Positions 21,156-28,774 of a stretch of 64,000 bases of DNA are shown piece by piece; the first letter of the stretch is position 1; every line of letters begins with the position of its first letter. The stretch is from a virus. Lineage: Duplodnaviria > Caudoviricetes. Where the stretch lies: IMG/VR virus record IMGVR_UViG_3300032227_000318, positions 1-64,000 of that record; one strand, given 5' to 3'. The notes under the pieces are model-generated. The model searched no databases. It saw only the letters and a program-made list of their open reading frames with translations, and was not told the origin of the DNA. The translations under genes and the position numbers were made by a program.

Positions 21156-21815
21156 TTATGGGTTTAGATCAATACCTGAACTATCAACGATTTTCATACC
21201 ACTCTTCGATTCAATATCCATTTTGGTACCAGCATCAACTTTCATATTTGTTTTAGACTTAACGACTACTTTTCCGGATACAGAACCAACATTCATTTCA
21301 TTAAATCCGCCAACCTGAAACTTATCACCAGCAGACATATGTGCAGTTTCGTTTACTGTCAGTTTGGCATTCTTTGCTGTCTGTTCCATATTCTCAGCAG
21401 CAGCCATATTAATGTTCTTAGCGTTCATGGTCATATTGCCCTTAACGGTGGTTTCCATGTCGCCTTGTACTGTCCAATGTGCATTGCCTATTACATTAAA
21501 CGTTGCATCACCATCTACCATTACATCATACTTGCCTGTTACTTTAATGTAACCCTCACCGTTGATTTCAAGGCCCATCTTACCATTCTGTGTGACAATT
21601 CGAATAGAACCATCCGGCCCTATTGTAAAACCTGCACCAGTTCTACTCATGCAGCGGACATATTCATTACCTTCATCATCACAAACCTCTAACTCATGAC
21701 CGCTTCTAGAGATGAAGCGTTGTGAGTTTAGTTGTTCTTTTGATGGCTGTACAGGAGGAATACCAGTTAACTTTGATTCTGCTGTTAGCTTTGGTTTAGA
21801 TGCATTGTATGTCAT
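21156..21815 (-). CDS. Central spike, C-terminal beta-helix portion (gp5 C-terminal-like)
   Basis: SRSGHELEVCDDEGNE..R...RTG followed by VxG beta-helix repeats, ending IDLNP. Confidence 0.75.
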   Translation of the reverse strand: MTYNASKPKLTAESKLTGIPPVQPSKEQLNSQRFISRSGHELEVCDDEGNEYVRCMSRTGAGFTIGPDGSIRIVTQNGKMGLEINGEGYIKVTGKYDVMVDGDATFNVIGNAHWTVQGDMETTVKGNMTMNAKNINMAAAENMEQTAKNAKLTVNETAHMSAGDKFQVGGFNEMNVGSVSGKVVVKSKTNMKVDAGTKMDIESKSGMKIVDSSGIDLNP

Positions 21816-21824
21816 AATATTACC

Positions 21825-23018
21825 TTATGAGAAAAATTTTGCTAATTCTTTTGTACCGTGAACATCAACTTTAGCTGATAAATCTTCAAAGTTGGTTTTG
21901 AATAGCTGTTTTTGTGCGTTTGGTATTCTATCTATCATTGGCAAAAATTTATCTTTGACTGATTCTAAAACTTTAACATCACCCATGATACCTGCAAAAG
22001 CTTGTTCAGCTTTAACCATAACATCAGGTTTCAAAGTGGTTAAATTACCCAGCGCGTCAAATGTCTGTGTAATTTCACCAAATGCGGTAGGCACTTTTAA
22101 TACTGTTGAGCCTAATTCAGCAAGACCTGATAGTGTATCGTCTGTTTCTAGGTCATACATCTTACCAATCATCTCTTCGATTGTCTGTGAACCTTTCAGC
22201 AAGTTAACCGCCGTTGTAAAGAACGTAGCTGGGTTTACTCTCTTTTGTGCTGACATTCCGCCTGCTGCTGCTACTGTTTCATAACTTCTGGCCATGCCCA
22301 TGACAGATTCAAATTGCTCACCTAGACCTGCGGGTAATGACTTAAACAGTTCGTCTTTAAGAGCAGCAGGCATTATATTCAGAATATTGCTCATAGATAT
22401 ATTTAAACCTGGTAACTGAGACATAATATCTGGTGTCATCTTTGATTCAAACGCATCTAGTGCAGTCGAAACGTTTGTAAGTTGTGGTACTTTAAGACCA
22501 AAAACAGGTTTAACAGTCATTGAGTTCATTAGACCATCAAGCTTACTAAAAGTCCAATCACCTTTCTCTACGGCTTTAATAACTTTAACGCCGTTTTCCA
22601 TAACTTCTTTAAGGTCTGGCGGCTGCTTTATTGGTTTAAGTCTCTTTTCTTTCTTGGCCTTTTCTACGTTATCTGTTGCACCAGGAAGTGGTTGAGAACC
22701 ACCAATACCAGTTTTACCATGTTCTTTGTTTTGATTTGAACCGACTACCGTATGCCTAGATGTACCGCCTTCACCTACACTCTGTCTTACTATTACAGAT
22801 TGGCCTTTATCTAGTGCTCCTCCAGATGATGATGAACCAAATAAAGTGCCGGATACTTCTGCTGGAATCCATGTCAAATGCTCATCTAAGACATTTTTAC
22901 CATGCTTACGTGGTATTCTGACCTTGTATAAAATTTGACCTGAAGGCAATTCTTTATGGTCTACTACAAATCCAGTTTCTTCTTTATTTTCATTTGGAAA
23001 TGTCTTACTGTTTGTCAT
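21825..23018 (-). CDS. Central spike N-terminal OB-fold portion (gp5 N-terminal-like) with helical extension
   Basis: GFVVD......YKVRIPRKH.....LTW resembles the gp5 OB fold; position after the hub gene. Confidence 0.55.
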   Translation of the reverse strand: MTNSKTFPNENKEETGFVVDHKELPSGQILYKVRIPRKHGKNVLDEHLTWIPAEVSGTLFGSSSSGGALDKGQSVIVRQSVGEGGTSRHTVVGSNQNKEHGKTGIGGSQPLPGATDNVEKAKKEKRLKPIKQPPDLKEVMENGVKVIKAVEKGDWTFSKLDGLMNSMTVKPVFGLKVPQLTNVSTALDAFESKMTPDIMSQLPGLNISMSNILNIMPAALKDELFKSLPAGLGEQFESVMGMARSYETVAAAGGMSAQKRVNPATFFTTAVNLLKGSQTIEEMIGKMYDLETDDTLSGLAELGSTVLKVPTAFGEITQTFDALGNLTTLKPDVMVKAEQAFAGIMGDVKVLESVKDKFLPMIDRIPNAQKQLFKTNFEDLSAKVDVHGTKELAKFFS

Positions 23019-24253
23019 ACTCTACCTGCTGCTACTGTATTCGAAACACACTCAAGAGTGGTGATACCTAGACCGCCAACCTTGACATTATGTGTCATTG
23101 ATGAAATGAGATAGTCGCCTGTGCCATATAGTTCACCCTTGCTTGGTCCTTTATTTGGAAACTCAGCTTTAATAACATCACCAGCATGTAAGAACGGGCT
23201 AAAGGGTACGACCATCTTAAGAGCAATTTTATCTTGATCTAACAGAGCCATTCTAGGTCTGCGCTTTACAAGATACTTCTCAATATTTGGATTGCATGAG
23301 TTCTGATCTGTTTCTGTCTCTTGATTTGTAGTGGCCATAAATGGACTGTTACCGCAATCTGATGGAGTACCAAACATACCAAACTTACCTGTCAAATAAT
23401 TCAATGTAGAAACAACGGTGATGTCATTGCCATTTTCATCAAAACCATTCAAAACATCAGATAACAAATCAAAGTCGCAGGGAAAATCAAAGTTCATAAT
23501 TTCTGTTGGTGTTGCATAGTTTAGATCAATTGCACCTTTATCAGAGTAAGTAAATGTCCAGACCGGTGAAGCCTTAGCTAAAGATGTGAGAGAACGAAAA
23601 TGATGTGTACCTAAATCTCTATATGTCATGTAGTGAATGAATGACGGATCCATTGTACCTTGTGAAAGGGCCACTTCTGAGTTCTGAAATATGGCCTGAA
23701 ATGGGTGTACGTTCTCAGCCACAAAATCTCTGACTGGCATTGCATCTTCAACATCAATTCTAGGTGCTTTTATACAACCACGTAAAATATCAGATACAAC
23801 TTGGCTTGGTGGTGTACATTTCCATGATTTGCTCATGTATGTCTTAGCATCTTTGATTAGAGATGGATCACAAGCATCAAGTTCAAATGTCTCAATATCA
23901 TAATTGATACGCTTTCTCTTACTCAATCTATAAATTATCTGGCTAACATCTAATTTATAAGGTATATTAGAGCTAAATGATCTTATGATTGGTCTTGAAA
24001 GGGATAAAATTAAACCTTTTGCATAGAAATTATCTAGGTTTTTAAGTCTATAACCGACTGATTCTGATCGTCTACTCTGAACAACCACGTTAGTTTGCAA
24101 ACCGGGCGTCAATAGACTTTCTGTTAGATTTACTTCAGTCACATTCAATTCAATTAACTCAGGACCATTAATATCAATCGCAGATGTAACCTGCGTTAAA
24201 AATGATTCTGCTTTACCTGTAGTATTTTGTCCTGTATCTATAATGTCTGGCAT
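23015..24253 (-). CDS. Baseplate hub protein (gp27-like)
   Basis: LHAGDVI....GDYLISSMTH C-terminus; lies between gp53 and the spike. Confidence 0.6.
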   Translation of the reverse strand: MPDIIDTGQNTTGKAESFLTQVTSAIDINGPELIELNVTEVNLTESLLTPGLQTNVVVQSRRSESVGYRLKNLDNFYAKGLILSLSRPIIRSFSSNIPYKLDVSQIIYRLSKRKRINYDIETFELDACDPSLIKDAKTYMSKSWKCTPPSQVVSDILRGCIKAPRIDVEDAMPVRDFVAENVHPFQAIFQNSEVALSQGTMDPSFIHYMTYRDLGTHHFRSLTSLAKASPVWTFTYSDKGAIDLNYATPTEIMNFDFPCDFDLLSDVLNGFDENGNDITVVSTLNYLTGKFGMFGTPSDCGNSPFMATTNQETETDQNSCNPNIEKYLVKRRPRMALLDQDKIALKMVVPFSPFLHAGDVIKAEFPNKGPSKGELYGTGDYLISSMTHNVKVGGLGITTLECVSNTVAAGRV

Positions 24254-24254
24254 A

Positions 24255-24932
24255 TTATAAGCTTCTTATACCCTTAAATAAATTATTTTCGCCTCTAGCT
24301 GTACTCAATATATTTTCAAACTCAGTTACAATCGCATTATAGTATTCTTTCTTGATTAATTTGATCTTGCGCTTTCTTTCATTTAATTCAAATTCATAAT
24401 CAAAAGAATACACTATGTTTCTATAAGTATATAGAAAGACTGTTTTGCCGTTTGGCAATATCTTCTGAATTGGATTTAAGTCTGCATCTGGTAAAGTATC
24501 ATATTCTGATTTGGTTGTCTCATAATATATGATGTTTTCAAAATTGTTCGATGATACATCAACAGTTTTTATGACCTTCTCATATCTTTCTACTCTTGCC
24601 TGTGCAATTGCGGTGCTTCCATACTTCGCATCTATGTATTTCTGAAAATTGGAAGCAGACATAGGCCAGTCATACATTGGATCCAGTCTCTTGTTGGCCA
24701 ATAAGATTATCCAGTAAAGTTCTGGATCATTATAATATTTCTCAGCTAATATTTCTGGTGTGTCACCATCTTCAACATCATAGTCATAGTATACGAAAAT
24801 ATTGTCAAGTACGTTTGAGTAAAAGCCAATTCTTACCAGAATATCCACAGGAAAATCATAGTTGTTGGTAACGTTTGCTTCGGTGTTTAGACTATATTTA
24901 ACTTTAGGAAATAAATCAAATATCTTTGACAT
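24255..24932 (-). CDS. gp53: Baseplate wedge subunit gp53
   Basis: DGDTPEILAEKYY.DPELYWIILLAN...YDWP, E..LNERKRKIKL. Confidence 0.92.
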   Translation of the reverse strand: MSKIFDLFPKVKYSLNTEANVTNNYDFPVDILVRIGFYSNVLDNIFVYYDYDVEDGDTPEILAEKYYNDPELYWIILLANKRLDPMYDWPMSASNFQKYIDAKYGSTAIAQARVERYEKVIKTVDVSSNNFENIIYYETTKSEYDTLPDADLNPIQKILPNGKTVFLYTYRNIVYSFDYEFELNERKRKIKLIKKEYYNAIVTEFENILSTARGENNLFKGIRSL

Positions 24933-24935
24933 ATA

Positions 24936-26009
24936 TTAGAATCCTTGTAGAACACGAAGCTTGTGTGTAACTTCTGTTTCGCGGAATGCAAGCTGCATTC
25001 TGATCTGTGTTGGATAACCATCATGGAATGTAGACCATGTGCCGTTTGGTGAATATGAAACGTCTATCTGTGTTAGAGCGCAAGTGTTAATTCTAGGTAT
25101 TCTAAGATTTTCTTTACCTCTATAGAAGAATGTAATATCAAATTCTGCTGGTGGTATCCAGAAAAATGTAGATACACCACTACTCGCTCTAAGTTCTGGA
25201 GCCGCATGAAATCTCAATGTTCTGATAATCTGTCTCAGGTTGCGAGATTCATTGGCTGATGATGGAGCAAAGATAAAATCGAAGCGATGTTCACGTTGCA
25301 TAGTATTAGCATACAGAACTTCAACTTTTGGATTGATAGGAGAACCAAGTACTTTAGCAGCCTCAGATACTCCTGTTAGTGAATTGTTAATAAGTCCGAC
25401 GCCGCCTGCAAAAGCGGCCGCTCTACCAAACATAGCACCAATAGCCGCGCCTGCAAATGTCATAACTCCACCAGCAACAGCAGCACCAAACTTTGTCAAA
25501 CTGATATTCTCAAAATCGTGGGTGTCATTAAATGTCAATTCAGCATTTGGCATATAAAGTGCAATCGACTCTTGAATTCTTCTGGTAAAACGAGGCCTTG
25601 TGATATCACCTCTACTAGCAGAAGGGTTCAATACATCGACTTCTAAACTTATACCGCTCTCTTGACCTAGATTACCGCCTTCGTTGATAAATCTTTTATC
25701 TATATTAAATCTTAGCGCATCTGTCTTTGAAAGCTGATCTGGCGCTAAAGTAGATATCCGAGTACCATTAACAGTACTCATTTTAGAAGCTGTTTGTTGG
25801 TTAATGTTAATAACCATATAATGACCGTTATAGGTTTGTCCGCCAAGTTCTTCAGGGAATATTCTATAATTGAAGTCATAGTTTGGTTGAGTTAATGAAT
25901 TATCTCTCGGCAAATCATTAAAGATGCCGTCATTATCTAGTCCATTATCTGTATATGGTACAGTAGTATTAACATCTGGTCGCACTTCTGCGCTTGGCGG
26001 TACTGCCAT
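24936..26009 (-). CDS. gp48: Baseplate tail-tube cap gp48
   Basis: IALYMP, INPKVEVLY...R...FDF.FAP, C.LT.IDVSYSPNG, L.FRETE. Confidence 0.85.
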   Translation of the reverse strand: MAVPPSAEVRPDVNTTVPYTDNGLDNDGIFNDLPRDNSLTQPNYDFNYRIFPEELGGQTYNGHYMVININQQTASKMSTVNGTRISTLAPDQLSKTDALRFNIDKRFINEGGNLGQESGISLEVDVLNPSASRGDITRPRFTRRIQESIALYMPNAELTFNDTHDFENISLTKFGAAVAGGVMTFAGAAIGAMFGRAAAFAGGVGLINNSLTGVSEAAKVLGSPINPKVEVLYANTMQREHRFDFIFAPSSANESRNLRQIIRTLRFHAAPELRASSGVSTFFWIPPAEFDITFFYRGKENLRIPRINTCALTQIDVSYSPNGTWSTFHDGYPTQIRMQLAFRETEVTHKLRVLQGF

Positions 26010-26035
26010 TTTTTATTCCTTTATTGATGACTATA

Positions 26036-26043
26036 TATTTATA
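26036..26043 (-). promoter_or_regulatory. T4-type late promoter TATAAATA for the gp48 baseplate operon
   Basis: Exact consensus just upstream of gp48. TAAATA cores also precede other genes (about 3025, 11345, 15850, 20712, 21140, 26561+, 32057+, 38366, 55759, 63876). Confidence 0.75.
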
Positions 26044-26483
26044 TGAAAACCTATAAAGGAAAGTTTAGTCCAAAGAATCCACAAAAGTATAAAGGTGACC
26101 CCACCAACATAGTCTATAGATCACTATGGGAACTTAAGGTCATGAAGTACTTAGATGGAAATAATAATATATTAGAGTGGAGTTCAGAAGAACTCGCTAT
26201 TCCATACGTATGCCCTACTGATAACCGATGGCACAGGTACTTTCCTGACTTCATAGTTAAAGCTAGAAAGCCTGATGGTTCAATTCAAACTATGATATTA
26301 GAAGTTAAACCTAAAGCACAAACAATAGAACCTAAAGTACAGAGTAAGAGAACTAGGAAGTATCTCACAGAGGTAATGACATGGGGCAAGAATCAGGCCA
26401 AATGGAAATCAGCTACTGAATACTGTGAAGAGAGGAAGTGGTTATTCAAGTTAATAACAGAGGATAATCTAGGTATCAAGTAG
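26043..26483 (+). CDS. gp4: Head completion protein gp4
   Basis: YKGKF.PKNP.KYKGDPTNIVYRSLWE...WSSEE...HRYFPDF...EVKP. Confidence 0.93.
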   Translation: MKTYKGKFSPKNPQKYKGDPTNIVYRSLWELKVMKYLDGNNNILEWSSEELAIPYVCPTDNRWHRYFPDFIVKARKPDGSIQTMILEVKPKAQTIEPKVQSKRTRKYLTEVMTWGKNQAKWKSATEYCEERKWLFKLITEDNLGIK

Positions 26484-26549
26484 GACCTTAAAGGTATTCA
26501 TTTGATACAGGACATAGCCTTTATAACATACTGTCAACCATCTGTCAAG
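26482..26549 (-). repeat. Copy A of duplicated sigma70-like promoter plus 45-nt conserved element (candidate ncRNA or origin)
   Basis: TTGACA-N17-TATAAAGGCTATGTCCTGTATCAAATGAATACCTTTAAGGTCCT; near-identical to 62024-62092. Confidence 0.75.
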
Positions 26550-26573
26550 TAAAAACAGTACATAAATAAGAAT

Positions 26574-27074
26574 ATGGCTAAAAAAGAAGAAAAAGAAGCA
26601 GTAGACTGGTTTATCGGTAAAGCTAGAACAGCAGCCGGTTACAGAAGAAACATTATCAATAACAGCGAAAGATCCAGAGATGGAACATTCGTTGGTAAGA
26701 TGTACTTCTTCTACTATGACCCAAAGCATAAAAAGAAGCTACCGATATATGATAAATTCCCTCTTGTGTTCCCTATTGAACCATATCCAGATGGTTTCTT
26801 AGGTCTGAACCTGCATTATCTAGATACCGGTCAAAGAACAGCACTTTTGAGAAAGTTAACTGATTATAGAACCAACAGCAGGTTTGATGAGAAGACCAGA
26901 CTTAGATTGTCTTATGATCTTCTATCAAGAACAAAAAGTTTAGCCAGTCTATCTAGACCGTGCATCAAGAGATACCTTTTTACCCAAGTCAGAAGCAAAT
27001 TTATAGAAATCACAGCAAATGAATGGGAAAATGCAATCGCTCTTCCAGTTCAAATGTTTGTAACCAAGAGTTAA
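26574..27074 (+). CDS. gp2: DNA end protector protein gp2
   Basis: GKMYFFYYDPKHK.KLP.YD.FPL...GFLGLNLHYL...CIKRYL. Confidence 0.93.
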   Translation: MAKKEEKEAVDWFIGKARTAAGYRRNIINNSERSRDGTFVGKMYFFYYDPKHKKKLPIYDKFPLVFPIEPYPDGFLGLNLHYLDTGQRTALLRKLTDYRTNSRFDEKTRLRLSYDLLSRTKSLASLSRPCIKRYLFTQVRSKFIEITANEWENAIALPVQMFVTKS

Positions 27075-27077
27075 CAA

Positions 27078-27827
27078 ATGGCATCAGTAACATTTACAAA
27101 CCCACCACAATTTTTAGGATTGCAAGACCACAGGTCTATCGTCAATAGAGATGGTGGTCCTGCTAAAGCTAATCGCTTTGTAGCTAGAATCGTGAGCTTG
27201 CCTCCAGCATTGCCTAGAAGATCAGAATACGCATCAATGATTAAAGACCTTACATATTTGTGTGAAGCTGCTGAATTTCCAGGCCGTGGTTTTATGAATA
27301 TTGATGTTCGTTACTATGGTACTAACTTTAAGTCTCCGTACCAGACAACATACGAAGATTTGAACCTGACATTTGTTGTTAGAGATAAGTTTATGGAACG
27401 TCAGCTATTTGATGACTGGATGGAACTGATTAATCCAACAAGCACATTTAATTTTGCATATAGCAAAGACTACATGACAACCGTTGAGTTATTTCAAATC
27501 AGTGAGATAGATGGTACTACAGGCACACCATCAGTAAATACGACCAAAACATTTACTGCACAGTATAAGTTTACTTTTGAGAAAGCTTGGCCAGTTCTTG
27601 TAAATCCAATGCCTGTGAACTGGGCTGATGATAATTTCCACAGACTTACTGTCGCATTTACATATAATACATGGCATAGAGAGAGACTTGATCCTCTTTC
27701 TCCACCAGCTTTTAATTTGGTTGAAGGAAGTACTATAATATCCGTAGCTAATAGTACATGGTTGCCCACTTATGATATTGATGGCACTGTGTTCGATAAC
27801 CCAATCGGAGAAAGAGGAGGAAGATAG
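27078..27827 (+). CDS. gp54: Baseplate tail-tube initiator gp54 / tube-family protein
   Basis: G.AKANRF, LCEAAEFPGR, FDDWM..I, AWP...NP....W......LTVAF.Y. Confidence 0.75.
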   Translation: MASVTFTNPPQFLGLQDHRSIVNRDGGPAKANRFVARIVSLPPALPRRSEYASMIKDLTYLCEAAEFPGRGFMNIDVRYYGTNFKSPYQTTYEDLNLTFVVRDKFMERQLFDDWMELINPTSTFNFAYSKDYMTTVELFQISEIDGTTGTPSVNTTKTFTAQYKFTFEKAWPVLVNPMPVNWADDNFHRLTVAFTYNTWHRERLDPLSPPAFNLVEGSTIISVANSTWLPTYDIDGTVFDNPIGERGGR

Positions 27828-27844
27828 TAAAAGGTGAATAAATT

Positions 27845-28570
27845 ATGAAAATACCAAAGATATCTGTACCAATTTACACAGTAAAGTTGCCGTCAAGTGG
27901 CAAACAAATCAGAATTAGGCCGTTTCTTGTTAAAGAAGAGAAGCTGCTTCTAATTGCAGCACAGACAAAAGATATTAATGAAATCGTTAGTGCAACTAAA
28001 CAGGTCATTAACAACTGTCTGATTGATAATAATGTTTCAGTTGATACTCTGCCGTTCTTTGATGTAGACTATCTTATCGTAGCACTTAGAGCCAAGTCTA
28101 TCGGTGAAACCATACCTGTCAAGTTTCTGTGTAATAACGTAGTAGACGGTGAGAAATGTGGTCATAGTTTTCCAGTAGATATTGACATCTCGAAAGCATC
28201 TATTGTTAAGGATGAGAGTATCAAGCCAGAGATATGGTTGACAGAAGATATGGGTGTGAAGATGAAATACCCAAAGTATTCTGTTATGAAAACCATCATG
28301 AGTAATGAGTCTGACTTTGATAGGATGATTCGCATCATCGGTGCCTCTATTGACTCTATCTTCGACAAGACTGAAAACTACTCAACTAAAGAAATGTCCA
28401 GAGAAGAGGTTCATGAGTTCATTGAAGGTCTAACAAAGGTGCAGTTTGCACAGCTAGAGAACTTCGTTAAGAACTTTCCTGAGTTTGAGTGTAAGGTTCA
28501 GCACCAGTGTGAGAAGTGTAGTTTTAATCACAACATCAATTATAATAACTTTGATAGTTTTTTTTTATAA
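27845..28570 (+). CDS. gp26: Baseplate hub assembly protein gp26-like
   Basis: P.Y.VKLPSSGK.I..RPFLVKEEKLLL, FDVDYL...LRAKSIGE, ends SFF. Confidence 0.9.
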   Translation: MKIPKISVPIYTVKLPSSGKQIRIRPFLVKEEKLLLIAAQTKDINEIVSATKQVINNCLIDNNVSVDTLPFFDVDYLIVALRAKSIGETIPVKFLCNNVVDGEKCGHSFPVDIDISKASIVKDESIKPEIWLTEDMGVKMKYPKYSVMKTIMSNESDFDRMIRIIGASIDSIFDKTENYSTKEMSREEVHEFIEGLTKVQFAQLENFVKNFPEFECKVQHQCEKCSFNHNINYNNFDSFFL

Positions 28571-28773
28571 TTTTTGGCCATGATACGTTGGTCAACCACT
28601 ATAAGACCAACTTTAACTTGATTCAGTTTCATCATTATTCGCTAAGTGATATGGAGAATATGTTGCCTTGGGAAAGATATCTATATCTGGATCTACTCAA
28701 GGCTCATATTCAAGAAGAGAACGAAAAAGTGCGCGAAAGAAATATGATGGCGCAGAGACAAATGAGAAAGTAA
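28558..28773 (+). CDS. gp51: Baseplate hub assembly catalyst gp51-like (no ATG; probably reached by -1 frameshift from gp26)
   Basis: HDTLVNHYKTNF.LIQFHHYSLSDMENMLPWER..Y..LL; frame opens after TAG 28555-28557 exactly at a 9-T run. Confidence 0.8.
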   Translation, partial: FFFIIFGHDTLVNHYKTNFNLIQFHHYSLSDMENMLPWERYLYLDLLKAHIQEENEKVRERNMMAQRQMRK

Positions 28774-28774
28774 C

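Noticed and set aside
26469-26729. 86-aa - strand ORF across the gp4/gp2 gap
   Set aside because: Overlaps gp2 antisense, has a Phe-run composition, and starts upstream of the promoter element.
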